Part shown: piece after piece, positions 1-12,426 of the stretch
Layout of the letters: every line of letters starts with the position of its first letter
How positions within the stretch are numbered: the first letter of the stretch is position 1
Assembly: GCA_024137785.1 (NCBI GenBank)
Contig: JAHRHZ010000248.1
Coordinates: forward strand, 29,568,093 to 29,632,092
Source of the DNA: Ginglymostoma cirratum
Lineage: Eukaryota
Length of the DNA stretch: 64,000 bases
Direction: 5' to 3'
Translations under genes and position numbers: made by a program
The notes under the pieces: generated by a model
Database searches by the model: none
What the model was told of the DNA's origin: nothing
What the model saw: the letters and a program-made list of their open reading frames with translations, nothing else

Positions 1-1835
1 AGATGGGGAGATTTTGAAGCTTGTGAAGTCCACATTGATACCGTTGGGCTGCAGTGTTCCCAAGCGAAATATGAGATGCTGTTCCTGCCACCTTTGGGTG
101 GCATCGTTGTGGCACTGGAGGAGGCCCAGGATGGACATGTCATTCAAGGAGTGGGCAGGGGAGTTGAAGTGGTTCGCAACTGGGAGGTGCAGTCGTTTGT
201 CGCGAACTGAGTGTAGGTGTTCCACAAAGCAGCCTCCACTTGTTTTCCCCGATGTAGAGGAGGCCACATCGGGAACAGTGGATACAGTATACCACATTGT
301 CAGATGTGCAGGAGAACATCTGTTTAATGTGGAAGGTTTTCTTGGGGAGGTGTAGGGGCAGGTGTAGCATTTCCTGTGGTTGCAGGGAAAAGTGCCGGGG
401 TGGTGGGGCGGGTGGGGAATGTGGAACGGACAAGGGAGTCACGGAGAGAGTGATCCTCCGGATGGCAGATAAGGGTGAGGAGGGAAAAATATCTTTGGTA
501 GTGGGGTCAGATTGCAGATGGCGGAAGTGCCAGAGGATGATGCATTGGATCCAGAGGTTGGTGGGGTGGTACGTGAGGACTAGGGGGATTCTGTTTTGTT
601 TGTTATTGTGGGGAGGGGGTGTGAGGGATGAGTTGCGGGAAATGTGAGAGACCCGATTGAGGGCGTTTTCAACCATTGTGGAGCGGAAGTTGTGGTCCTT
701 GAGAAACGCGAACATCTGGGATGTCCGCAAGTGGAATGCCTCATCTCGTGAGCAGATGCGGCTGAGGCAATGGAATTGGGAATAGGAAATGGCATTTTTA
801 CAGGAAGGTAGGTGAGAGGAGGTGTATTCTAGGTAGCTGTGGGAGTCAGTGGGCTTGAAATGGATATTGGTTTCCAGGCGGTTGTCAGAGATGGAAACAG
901 AGAGGTCCAGGAAGGAGAGAGAGGTATTGGAGATGGTCCAAGTGAACTTAAGGTTGGGGTGGTAGGTGTTAGTGAAGTGGATGAACTGTTCGAGCTCCTC
1001 ATAGGAGCACGAAGCGGTGCCGATACAGTCATCGATGTAACGGAGGAAGAAGTCGGGGATAGGGCCAGTGTAGATTTGGAAGAGGGATTGTTCCACGTAT
1101 CCTACAAAGAGGCAGGCATAGCTTGGGCCAATGTGGGTACCCACAGCCACCCCCTTTGTCTGTAGGAAGTGGGAGGAATTGAGGGAGAAGTTGCTGAGGA
1201 TGAGAATGAGTTCAGCTAAGCGGATGAGGGTGTCGGTGGAGGGGACCTAGTCGGGCCTGCGGGACAGGAAGAAGCGGAGGACCTTTAGGCCATCAGCATG
1301 GGGAAAGCAAGTGTATACGGACTGGACATCCATGGTAAAGATGAGGTGTTGGGGACCAGGGAATCGGAAGTTTTGGAAGAGGTGGAGTGCGTGAGTGGAG
1401 TCATGGATGTAGGTGGGGCTTCCTGGACCAAGGGGGAGAAAATGGAGTCAAGATAAGTGGAGATAAGTTCGGTGGGGCAGGAGCAGGCGGGGCAAATGGG
1501 TCAACCAGGGCAGTCAGGTTTGTGAATTTTGGCAAAGAGATAGAAACGTGCGGGGTTGGGGAATGATGAGGTTGGAGGCTGTGGGTGGGAGGTCACCTGA
1601 AGTAATGAGGTTGTGGATGGTCTGGGAGATGATGTTTTGGTGGTCGGGGGTGGGGTCATGATCAAGGGGGCGGTAGGCGGAGGTGTGAGAGAGCTGGCGT
1701 CTGGCCTCGTTGATATAGAGGTCAGTGCGCCATACTACAACTGTGCCACCCTTGTCCACCGGTTTTATAGTGAGGTTGGGGTTGGAGCGGAGGGAGTGGA
1801 GGGCTGCACTTTCTGTGGGGGAGAAGTTGGAGTAT
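1..1835 (-). mobile_element. Penelope-like retroelement, degraded RT + GIY-YIG endonuclease, cut by window edge
   Basis: ORF 140-1150(-) has AVGTHIGPSYACLFVG, RYIDD and VVYCIHC..CGLLYIGE (GIY-YIG); ORF 1514-1915(-) has IKPVDKGGTVVVW; same family as 26460-28033. Confidence 0.92.
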
Positions 1836-1899
1836 TCTAATCCTATCTTCCAGCATTCTAATCTCATTTTTGAGCTCAATAAGAGCAACACCAGAGCAA

Positions 1900-2560
1900 C
1901 AAGATCAAGAATCACATTAGCCGCTGAAGACCTTGTAAAGTGCAGCCATACAGCTGCTTATGATCATATTGTCTTATCCCAGACAGTGAAGCTGGGACTA
2001 GGTCTCTTCACTCCCACAGGAACTGGTTACCTTGCCACTACAATGACTACCATTCTGACCACTGGGTGTAAGACCAGCTGATATCAAAGACGACCAATGA
2101 GATTGTAGAATGTGTGAAAGCACACTTCAGTCTTTATGACATTCCAGACATTATGATAGTGACATTGGCCCTCAATTCACAAGTGAAGAATTTAACTGTT
2201 TCATAACGGGTTTGACACATTCAACCCATGAATTATCTGCACTCTATCCACAGGCAAAAGAAAGACTAATGCATTAGTGAAAATTACCAAAACAATCATA
2301 AGAAATTAGGCAAATCCAACACCGGCTTGTAACACTAAGTGTAGAAACACACCTACTGAAGGCATGGAAAGCAGTCCGGTCCAGAAACTAACATTACACT
2401 GCATCTAAACTATTCTTCCAATAGTGAAAAACTACTGCAGTCAGAGAAGTAATAAGTCAAGATAAAATTACAGACAGCCAAGTTTTACTTTGTCAATGAT
2501 TTGTTGGTTGTATTGGACCTGAGCATCGGAGAGCCAGTCAGAATACTGGTTCCGTGCTCT
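1900..2560 (+). mobile_element. Decayed Gypsy-type LTR retrotransposon integrase fragment
   Basis: Frameshifted manual translation gives LFT..GYL..DYHSDHW, KAHFSLYDIPD, SDIGPQFTSEEF, YPQA and RNTPTEGMESSPVQKL, the canonical rve integrase core order. Confidence 0.75.
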
Positions 2561-2606
2561 CAACCAGGTTGATAAATTACCTTCAATTCCATAAGCTTCA
2601 GCTTTA

Positions 2607-2933
2607 GGGTGGCATGTGGCTCAGTGGTTAGCACTGATGCTGCCTCACAGCACCAGGGACCTGGGTTCAGTTACATCCTTGGGTGACTGTGTGGAGTTTG
2701 GATTTCTTCCCGTGTCTGTGTGGGTTTCCTCCCACAGCCTAAAGATGTGCACATTCGGCAGACTGGCCATGCTAAAGTGTCCATATTGTCTAGGAGTGTG
2801 CAGGCTATGTGGATTAGCCATGGTAAAATGTGAGGGTGGGGGGCTGGGCCTGGTTGGGATGCTTTTCAGAGGATTAGTGCAGACTCAATGGGCTAAATGG
2901 CATCTTTCCGCACTGTAGAGATTCTATGATTCT
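2607..2933 (+). mobile_element. tRNA-derived SINE, shark HE1/V-SINE type
   Basis: GGGTGGCATGTGGCTCAGTGGTTAGCACT A-box, GGTTCAGTT B-box-like, central CCCGTGTCTGTGTGGGTTTCCTCC domain, CR1-like tail ending GATTCTATGATTCTA. Confidence 0.85.
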
Positions 2934-4492
2934 AAAAGTCTCATGAGAAACGTTATCAAATACCTCCTGGTAGTCCCTCCACTGCTTTAGTCATTTCTTC
3001 AGAAAACTTTGATCAGGCTCACTAAGTACAAATCCTGTTATTGATCCATGCTGAAATGAAAACTTCCAAGATGTTCAGTAACACTGTCCTTAATTATAGA
3101 CACTACAAATTTCCCTACAACCCATATTAGGTTAATTTACCTATAATTCCTTTTGACACCTTCCTTATATAACAAAATGATGTGCTCAATTTTCCAATCT
3201 AAAGAAATGATTCTCACCTCTTTGGAAGATTACAATCAGGCCACCTGCAATGTTCTCACCCACTCCATGTTAGATCCTGGGCTGTAAACCATTTGGGAAT
3301 TTGTCACTCTTTTAGTGCTGTCAATTTTTTTTCATTCCTGTTATTTTGCTTTCATTAATTTTGTTGATTTCCTGTCCCTAAATCAATAGCTTGCTTGGAT
3401 GTCTTGCATGCTCACCTCTTCCAACCTCCACTGTAAATACTTATGTATAACCATGATTTACAATGTCTGCCATTTTCTCACATCTATTTAAATATCACCA
3501 TTGTTGGTTTTCAATAGTTTTGCATTGCCTCTGACTACCCTCTTTTAACTAGTATAATTGTGAAAACTATTTAAAAACAACATGCAAGTTTCTTACTAGC
3601 TTTCTGTAGCCCTTCTTATCTGGTCTGTCTTTCTTTGCTGTTCTTGTCTTTCCTTTTCAACTCATCCACGTTGCCTTGCTAAAGATGCTCTCCATCCTGT
3701 TTAGATTCTCAGGAAAGTAGCTTCTCCTTTCTTGTTTCAACAGGACTCCACTCATACGAAGCTGTGTCTGCTTTCTTAACTACACTATTGGAGAATGCAA
3801 AAATAGCTTTCGCATCTTTTAACGTAAACTGCTGGAAATTTAGTCACCTCAAACACAGGAAACAAAAATACAGCCCATGTAATAAGAGAGCTTGACAATT
3901 ATAATTTACCAGAGCAGATTTTTTTTTGTAAGTTGAAGTCCAATTGGTCGTGTGTGTGCTGAAGGAGAGAACAATCTGTACCAGAACTTGTAACTTGCTA
4001 AATTGTTACTGTATTATAGTTCCTGTAACAACATTGTACCACTCTGTTCTGGGAATAAGTTGCAGTAGTCAGCTGGAGAGGAGTTAATAAACATACAATG
4101 ATTTCGTGGGAGATGTTGCAAGTGCACAGCTCAAACTTTATAGTCTTAGGAAAATCTTACACCATTCTTCTGGCCAATGTTTTGACAAAGATGTTAGATG
4201 GTTTAAAATAAGTCCTTTTATTGCACTCACAGCAAAGGAACAGGCCATTTGGATTTCCTCCGAGCTTAATATTTTATCGCCGTTAAAATAGCAACGGTGG
4301 AATATACCACATGAATGTCAAATTTTCATTCAATATTGCCAACAATAATTTTCAGTTTAAGGGTTTAAAGAACAACTCTGAGGAGCATTGTATCAGAGAT
4401 AATAGGGACTGCAGATGCTGGAGAATCCGAGATAACAAGGTGTGGAGCTGGATGAACACAGCAGGCTAAGCATCATCATAGGAGCAGGAAAG

Positions 4493-4526
4493 CTTGACGT
4501 TTCGGGCCTAGACCCTTCATCAGAAA
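4493..4526 (-). ncRNA. Minimal type-I hammerhead ribozyme motif (family A, intact core)
   Basis: Reverse complement TTT-CTGATGA-A-GGGTCTAGGCCC-GAA-ACGT-C-AAG. Confidence 0.8.
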
Positions 4527-5281
4527 TGGGGGAGGGGAAGAGGGTTCTGAAATAAATAGGGAGAGGGGGGAGGCGGATAGAAGATGGATAGAGGAGAGGA
4601 TAGGTGGAGAGGAGACAGACAAGTCAAAGAGGCGGGGATGGAGGCAGTAAAGGTGAGTGTAGGTGGAGAGGTAGGGAGGAGATAGGTCAGTCCAGGGAGG
4701 ACAGACAGGTCAAGGGGCGGGATGAGGTTAGTCGGTAGGAGATGGGGGTGCGGCTTGAGGTGAGAGGAGGGGATAGGTGAGAGGAAGAACAGGTTAGGGA
4801 GGCGGGGACGAGCTGGGCTGGTTTTGGGATGCGGTTGGGGGAGGGGCCTCCTGCGGTGCCACAATGATGCCACCCGAAGGCTGCAGGAACAGCAACTCAT
4901 ATTCAGCCTGGGAACCCTGCAGTCCAATGGTATCAATGTGGATTTCACAAGCTTCAAAATCTCCCCTCCCCCAACCGCATCCCAAAACCAGCTCAGCTCG
5001 TCCCCACCTCCCTAACCTGTTCTTCCTCTCACCTATCCCCTCCTCCCACCTCAAGCCGCACCCCCATCTCCTACCTACTAACCTCATCCCGCCCCTTGAC
5101 CTGTCCGTCCTCCCTGGACTGACCTATCTCCTCCCTACCTCTCCACCTACACTCACCTTTACTGGCTCCATCCCCGTCTCTTTGACTTGTCTGTCTCCTC
5201 TCCACCTAACATCTCCTCTATCCATCTTCTATCCGCCTCCCCCACTCCCTATTTATTTCAGAACCCTCTTCCCCTCCCCCA

Positions 5282-5315
5282 TTTCTGATGAAGGGTCTAG
5301 GCCCGAAACGTCAAG
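5282..5315 (+). ncRNA. Minimal type-I hammerhead ribozyme motif (family A, intact core)
   Basis: TTT-CTGATGA-A-GGGTCTAGGCCC-GAA-ACGT-C-AAG: conserved core, 4-bp stem II, palindromic stem III, GUC cleavage triplet. Confidence 0.8.
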
Positions 5316-6085
5316 CTTTCCTGCTCCTATGATGCTGCTCAGCCTGCTGTGTTCATCCAGCTCCACACCTTGTTATCTGAGGAGCATTGCTCTGGCTTAG
5401 GGAATAAAGCAACTAACATTAAATGATGTTCCAACAGTACTGACATTTTCGTCGTGCTATGATGATTTTGCAAATAAATGTTGTTATTATGGGGTTTGGC
5501 TTTCCAAAGTAATATTATAGAAGGAAAAATGTTACTGAATTAAAAAGGTAGGCAGTGACCAAGATAAATAATTCAATTAGGAATTAGAGTTACTGCAAAG
5601 GTTCAATAATTTAGATCTGATTCCAAAAACATGATTTTGGAGTCAGGAAAATGAGGTCAACTTATACATCAAGTCAACTATATGCCCTATGATTCATGGT
5701 ATATTTTGAAGTATATTCACTACCTTGCGTTTTTGAGGGCCACATTATCAGAGTGTTCCCAGTTGCAGGTATGAAAAACCATACAATATATGATACAGAA
5801 ATATACCATTCAGCCCAACTAGCTCATGTCAGTGTTTACATCGCACTTGAGCCCTTCCCATCTTTCCTCTACCGTCATCTCTGCAGAGACCAATAACCTT
5901 TTTGAAGTTTGTTAAATTTCCTGCTAAAAGTGAAATGGATGACTTGACAATGTTTCACGTTTTACACAAACTAAAAGCACCATTGGTTAAGTACTAACAT
6001 TGGCTGCTTGTTGTGTAAACTACAGAATCAAGCTCCATGTTCCTACTTTTAACACAACTAAAAAAAAAATCACAGGTATATCTTA

Positions 6086-6180
6086 GATAACAAGCATGGG
6101 GCTGGATGAACACAGCAGGTCAAGCAGCATCATAGGAACAGGAAAACTTGACGTTTCGGGCCTAAACCCTTCATCAGAAA
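6086..6180 (-). mobile_element. ~95-bp Penelope pLTR mini-insertion with intact hammerhead core (6147-6180)
   Basis: Reverse complement TTTCTGATGAAGGGTTTAGGCCCGAAACGTCAAG...TTGTTATC; TSD TCACAGGTATATCTTA at 6070-6085 and 6200-6215. Confidence 0.88.
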
Positions 6181-7031
6181 TCTTCACAGGTATATACCTT
6201 CACAGGTATATCTTAAACTATATTTTAAGTAGACTCAATATTGAGTAGACACTCAATATTTCTGGATCCGGTTCAAAGTGCTCTTAGCTTCCTAGGGTTT
6301 TACTCCTGGAGAGATTCCTCCCTTCAGCTGAAAGTTGGACTGTAAGAAATTGGAGCAGGAGTAGACCATTAAACCCATTGATTCAACTAGATCATTGATA
6401 ACCTTCTACCTCAACACCATTTTCACATGCTATCCGCATATTTTTTGATGTCTTTAATTTCTAAAAGCTAGAATATGGAAAAGATAGATGAAACTTCAAG
6501 TCCTGTTTAAATCTTCATTAATTTGTCTTTTCAATCTAAGCGTTAGCTTTCCTGCATAGTGAATCTGAGAGACATTTGGTCGTTATCTGCTCTCGCTCTC
6601 CTGGATTCTCCTGGAAGTAGAAACCCTCCCCATTCAAAGCGCATCTTCATGATAATGTGAATCACATTGGCTTTAATCCAGGTAGAAATATTACTTTGCA
6701 ATTATTACAATCATAGTGAAAATGGACTGCCAATAATAATCTTTCATCAATTGACATTAATACTTCAGACTTTCATGACCTCAGACTTTCATGAGCCAAA
6801 AATAGGCTTTTAAAAAGGACACGCTGACCTAAAATGGCTACTATGATCACCTGACAAGCCTAGGCAACCCACAGGAAATGCGCAAAGCCAACACTGGAAT
6901 TATCATTTTTAATCAACAGGCAGTGAAACGCAGTAAGGTGTCAAGAAAGTTGAACATCTTGTATTAATGATAATTGCATGATGACTTTGCATATTAAGAA
7001 ACGAAAGATTACCTAGAACAACAACAACAAT

Positions 7032-7166
7032 AAAAACCAAAAGAACTGCAGATGCTGTAAATCTGAAACAAAAATAAAGTTGCTGGAAAAGGTCAGCAGG
7101 TCTGGCAGCATCTGTGAAGGAAACAGAGTTAATGTTTGAGGTCCGGTGACCCTTCCTCAGAACTGA
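7032..7166 (-). mobile_element. Penelope-type pLTR mini-element (family B), degenerate hammerhead
   Basis: Reverse complement AGTTCTGAGGAAGGGTCACCGGACCTCAAACATTAACT...CAGCATCTGCAGTTCTTTTGGTTT; homologous to 8284-8425. Confidence 0.78.
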
Positions 7167-7340
7167 TTGCCTACAACTATCTGACTTAAAATTAAACAAC
7201 ACAGAATCCACAAAGGTACAATACATCAACATCAGCCTTTGAGAAAAAAAGAGAGCAAAAGTAACATGACGTGATAATAACAATAATACCTACAGCTCTT
7301 CTGTACCTCTCTCTTTTCCTCTCTCAATCTCTGAAACCAT

Positions 7341-7530
7341 GATGTGGAGGTGCCGGTGTTAGACTGGGCTGGACAAGGTCAAAAATTGCATGACACCAGG
7401 TTACAGTCCAACAGGTTTATGTGAAGACATATGCTTTCGGGGTCTTGCTCCTTCTTCGGGTGTCAGTCTGGAAGTTTGTGTCTTCAAATAAACCTGTTGG
7501 ACTATAGCGTGGTGTCGTGTGATTTTTAAT
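7341..7530. mobile_element. Hairpin-shaped pLTR-type mini-element (family D), degenerate hammerhead on minus strand
   Basis: Inverted arms ACACCAGGTTACAGTCCAACAGGTTTATGTGAAGACA / TGTCTTCAAATAAACCTGTTGGACTATAGCGTGGTGT; minus strand 7428-7462 CCGAAGA-A-GGAGCAAGACCCC-GAAAGCATA. Confidence 0.6.
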
Positions 7531-8108
7531 CTCTGAAACCAGCACTGATCTGAAAGCAACTTTGAAGAACCACTACTCACCATGAAAACAAGATTATCTG
7601 AAAGCTCCACTACTCAAGGAGACAAGGTAACAGCTAAACAGAGCACAGAGAAGCTGAATATGGACTCAGGTTTCATTCTTGCAGGATTCTTAAAAACTTT
7701 AAACTGCGACTGTTTTTGCCTTCCTTTCTGTGCCAGATACCCTTTATCTCATTCTTTTTGAGCTTATTACCTGTGTGCATATGTGTTTTATGTTGCATGT
7801 TCTTATTTTTCTCAGGTTTAGCGAGTTGTAAAACTCAATTAACCCTTGGAATTGGCTATTTTTCATTTTTGATCTGGTGAATTAAGTTTACTTGAAGAAT
7901 GGTCACTATGATCTAAAAACAATTGTTCTCACCAAGCACAATTTAAAGAGCCTCCTCACCTGTGTGTAATGCTATCCTTTAAAGCCCAGATCTCTTTTAT
8001 CTTGGAAGTAAATAGACAGTAATGATGTAACTGTCTACAACTTGACAGTCTTCACACTTTTTGGAGCCTACCAACCTAATGTGAGTATAGATGCTATTGT
8101 CTCCAAAT

Positions 8109-8616
8109 GGGGTGGCATGGTGGCTCAGTGATTAGCACTGCTGGCCCACATCTCCAGGGACCCAGGTTTGATTCCACCATTGGGCAACTGTCCGTGTGGT
8201 GTGTGCACATTCTCCCTGTGTCTGCATGAGTTTCCTTTGGGTCATCCGGTTTCCTCCCACAGTCCAAAGAAGAGCAGGTTAGGTTCTGAGGAAGGGTCAC
8301 CACACCTGAAACGTTAACTCTGATTTTTTTCTTCACAGATGCTGCCAGACCTGCTGAGCTTTTCCAGCAACTTCTGTTTTCGTTCCTGATTTACAGCATC
8401 CGCAGTTCTTTCAGTTTTCATTTATGCAGGTTAGGTGGACTGGCCAGACTAAATTGCCCATAGTATCCAGGCATGTGCAGGCTAAGTGGATTAGCCATGG
8501 AAAATGCATGATTACAGGGATTGGGTCAGGAGGTGGGGTGCTATTTGAAGGGTCAGTGTGAACTCGATGGGCTGAATAACCTGCTTCTGCTTTGTAGGGA
8601 TTCTGTGATGATTCTA
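8109..8616 (+). mobile_element. HE1/V-SINE interrupted by a pLTR mini-element
   Basis: A/B boxes at 8110-8176, central domain, tail GGGATTCTGTGATGATTCTA; homologous to 2607-2933. Confidence 0.85.
8284..8425 (+). mobile_element. Family B pLTR mini-element with hammerhead core, nested in SINE
   Basis: GTT-CTGAGGA-A-GGGTCACCACACCT-GAA-ACGT-T-AAC at 8283-8318; TSD GCAGGTTAGGT at 8274-8284 and 8426-8436. Confidence 0.85.
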
Positions 8617-9074
8617 CAAAATGTGAACACTTTACACCTTCTTCCCAGAAAGACAGTCTGAGCCTCCCTTTAATCTTTTACAATCACATCATCCAAATCT
8701 ACGTCAAGTGGATCTCAGAACAGGTCATGTGGCTCCCTTCATTTTACCCCAAGTTGAAAGTACGAATCAAAATATAACAATCTTATCAACTCAAATTTAT
8801 AAAACTACAGCTGGATCTATTGTCAAAGCCCTCCATTTCTTTCTCTGTCATGTGCTTGTCTGATTTCCACTAAAGTGCACCCATGTTATTGCCTCAGCCA
8901 TTCCAATTATAGCAAGTTTCACATACACACCACATTTTATAGAAACCAGTTTATTCTGAGTTCTCTGTTGAAGTTCTTAGTGACTATCTATAGTGATGCC
9001 ATGTAGTTATGCTCTTCCCCACAAGAGAAAACAGTGCACAGAATCATGAAGGACGTAATTACTCTGGAGAGATA

Positions 9075-9545
9075 TTGCTGAAAATATTTACTAGAATGTT
9101 GGTAGGGCTGGAGAACTGTAGCTACAAGGAGGGATTTGGGTTGTTTTCTTGGAACAGAGAAGGCGGAGGGGTAACATGACTGAGGACACAAAATTGTGAG
9201 GGGTAGATATAGAGTAGACAGGAGGAACCCGTTGCCTTGGCAGAGAGTTCAAAAACCAGGGTCATAGATTCAAGCTAAGTGGCAGAAGAATTAGAGGGAA
9301 TGTGAGGAAAATCTTTTTTACGCAGAGGGTGACGGATCTGGAATTCGCTGCCTGAGTTAGTGTTGGAGGCAAAGACCCCAAACTATTTTAGAAAAGTACC
9401 TGGATCTGCACCTTAAGTGCTGTAAGCTGCAGGGCTATGGGCTGTGTGCAGGAAGATTGGATTAGAAAGGGCATCTGGTTGTCTTTGGATCAGCATGGAC
9501 AAGATCGGCCAAATGTCTCCTTCTGTGCTGTATCGTTTCTAATAT
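9075..9545 (+). mobile_element. CR1 LINE 3' fragment
   Basis: Degenerate homology to the RT C-terminus and 3' UTR of the CR1 at 25250-25750. Confidence 0.75.
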
Positions 9546-10099
9546 TCTTGGCAAGTTGAGAACTTTTAGAAAGGCTAACAAGGATACTTAATTGGGCAAG
9601 AAACAAAAAAATCAAAATCCGACAGCAGGTCAGTGTTCAGGAAACTGTTCTGAGGTCTTTGTCGGGCCACGGATATTCATTAATACCCTAATCCACTGGA
9701 ATTATGTTCATGGGTGTAATTTTTGTTTTAAAAATCAGAATCGTGTACCAGCCTACCATATGTACTGGAAGTGTCTAGCAGGTAGACTATGTCCTCATAA
9801 ATCCAGTGAGAAAAACATCGATCAGTTTGTTAAAGTTATTTCATTGTAAATCATAATGTGGGCTGCAGAACTTGATATGAAGAGAAGCAGCAATGTTCAC
9901 ATGGAGATATTAGCCACATTCACAGAAGGTAGTGTTGGCTTAAACAGCACAGAGATCTAGCACCTGATAACATCTGGAAAAGGAAGGACCAGTCTTGCAT
10001 TATAGAGGATAGGTGGGTTGTGGTCGAAGAGGGATCCAAAGGTAATCACCATGAGGTTATCTCAACTGAAATAACGTGCACTTCTTTGTGCATGTTTCT

Positions 10100-10727
10100 T
10101 CATGGATCTGGACTTCTATGCCAGAGGTTGCATCCAATGAACTCAGCACTAGTCTTAATATTGACAAGAATGAGAAAGCAGAGGAAGAGAAAGAGAAGTG
10201 AACAGCAACAACAGCAGGTTCTGAAGCAAGAAACTCAGGGGATTGTAGCTGTGCTACAGCAAGGATCAAATGAAGAGGGGAAGCAGAATCTACAAAGCCA
10301 CCAGCCACTCTGCTGGCAGAGTAACAGCTATTTCAAGGTGGCTGAATGATGGTGCAGGCTAGATCATCATATGGCTAGTGAGTCACTCACCTATATCTGC
10401 CCTCCTGTAAGCAGTTCTGCAGCCACTCTGTTTGGGAGGAGATGCTGTGCCTGTGCTATTAAAGATCACAGCTGCACTGAATTTCTTAGCCACCAGCTGC
10501 TTTCAAAGCTCAGTTTGGGACATGTGGCATCATCCAATCTGCCTCCAAAAAATGAATTCATAGAAAAAGCTATTTGGCTTCTGCAGTTCACTGTCGACCC
10601 AAGCAGCCAAGATGCCAGAGCCACTGGATTTTCAAACATTGCTGATTTTGTTCAGGTGGAAGGGGCCTTCAGTTGCACAGAATTAGTGCTCAAAGTTCCA
10701 TGTCATCATCCAGCCAGATTCCTGAAC
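10100..10727 (+). mobile_element. Decayed PIF/Harbinger (HARBI1-like) transposase remnant
   Basis: Manual translation PVLLKITAALNFLATSCFQSS.. then QDARATGFSNIADFVQVEGAFSCTELVLKVP..PARFLN resembles the HARBI1 motifs ALxFxATGSFQ and IAGFPxVxGAIDCTH. Confidence 0.7.
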
Positions 10728-11165
10728 AACTCCAACAACACTCAAGAAGCTTGACACCATCCAGGACAAAGCAGTCTGCTTGATTTGCACCACATCTACA
10801 AACATTCACTACCATCACCACTAATGATCAATAACAGCAGTGTGTACCATCTATAAGATGTACAGCAGACCGAGATTCCTTAGGCAGCACCTTCCACAAC
10901 CATAACCATTACCATCTAGAAGGACAATGGCAGCAGATACATGGAACGTGATCACCTACAAGCCACTCCCCATCCAAACTCTGAAATATACCATTGTTCC
11001 ATCAGTGCCGCTTGGTCAAAGTCCTGGAATTCCCTCCCTGAGAGCATTATGGGTCTGCATACAACAAACGGACTGTAGCAGTTCAAGAAGGCAACTAACT
11101 GCCACCATCCTGAAACAATTAGGAATGGGCAATAAAAGCTGGCCTGGCCAGTGATGCCCACATTG
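10728..11165 (+). mobile_element. 3' end of a CR1/L2-group LINE
   Basis: TLKKLDTIQDKAVCLI..NIHYHHH..AVCTIYKM RT C-terminal pattern; tail GGGCAATAAAAGCTGGCCTGGCCAGTGATGCCCACAT is shared with the SINE at 25890-26198. Confidence 0.65.
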
Positions 11166-12290
11166 CTCCATCCAAGCAGCCTTTGTCAGGTAAGATGGCT
11201 CTTGTTGCCGTCCCTGAGGATTAGAATGTCCCCATATTCACCCACATCCTGCAGGAGCAACTCTATGGGTCAGTCGCTAAATTTTAAGACTTCTCTGTCA
11301 TCTTCTGGATTAGCTGGGGGCAGGCTGCAAGGTCTGCCAATGGTGCTGCAGCTTCAAAGAGTGAAATGTTTGCTGTACAGGTACCTTTCAAATATGGCTC
11401 CTGAACGTTGGAGCCAGGAAGCTACTCATTGGGAGTTGGGGGTGTAAGCAAAACTTTCTGCCCAACCACCAGTAAAATTTGACTTTTAACCTGTGAGATT
11501 TTTAAAGAACATAATTGCTAAGAAAACACAACTCACCCCCAAGCAGAGCAACCTCTTGCTTTTCCAATGAAGCACAGGTTCAAAAGAGAATATTGCACCC
11601 ATTGCCTCTGTATCTACTTTGTCAGAACCCTTCATAACCTTAAAGACCTATAGTAGGTCAGCCTTATTTTTTCAAGGGAAATGAGATTCACCCTGTCAAT
11701 CCTTCTCTGATTTGTTAATGCACAAATTTGTGCAATCATCCTCATACATCTCCTATACTGTTGCTGTGAGATGAATGTTCCTCACCCCTGATTAATGGTT
11801 CAGTTAAAGAATGAGGTCAAGGAATATTAAACAATTGGCTACGTTATTAACAATATTAATACTTTAGGCTATACTCATTTTTAGCACAGACTGGTACATC
11901 ACATGGCAAGAGATTGAAGGAAATTTTCCAAATCAAATATAATTTAATGATTTTAAAAAATGAAGTTGAACTTAGGCTGTTTACTCTCTTCAGTTTGACT
12001 TATACTGTCAGTTATTTGGTTCTTAACACAGGATTAAGTTCAACAAGGCTGTTCTCCTGGTGAGGAATGTCATTCAAGCAGAGCATGATCACTAAACACT
12101 TTGGGTGGATTCTGAGATCTGTGAGGTTCCACACCAGGGAATGGAGTCCAACTCAATATACTGTCCAGTCAGTTCCTGTTGAAATGAAATTTTATTGATA
12201 CATTAATTAGAAAAAACAAAACTTTCACAAACTCTGGTCAATTAACAAGTCCATTGGGTTATAAATTTAATAGCTATCAACAACATTTTA

Positions 12291-12426
12291 AAAAGCGAAG
12301 GAACTGCGAATGCTGTAAATCAGGAACAAAAACAGAAGTTGCTGGAAAAGTTCAGCAGGTCTGACAGCATCTGTGGATAAAAATCAGAGTTAATGTTTTG
12401 GGTCCAGTGATCCTTCCTCAGAACTT
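12291..12426 (-). mobile_element. Family B pLTR mini-element, degenerate hammerhead
   Basis: Reverse complement AGTTCTGAGGAAGGATCACTGGACCCAAAACATTAACT. Confidence 0.78.

Larger units (their letters stand above)
4391..5375. mobile_element. Penelope 3' end/pseudo-LTR inserted as a long inverted repeat, 14-bp TSD
   Basis: Arms ~4429-4846 and ~4963-5377 are reverse complements; the spacer encodes the GIY-YIG C-terminus (GLLRCHNDATRRLQEQ); TSD TCTGAGGAGCATTG at 4377-4390 and 5376-5389. Confidence 0.92.

Noticed and set aside
2607-2680. tRNA-like heads at 2607, 8109, 37588 as tRNA genes
   Set aside because: They continue into SINE body and LINE-like tail; no complete cloverleaf.
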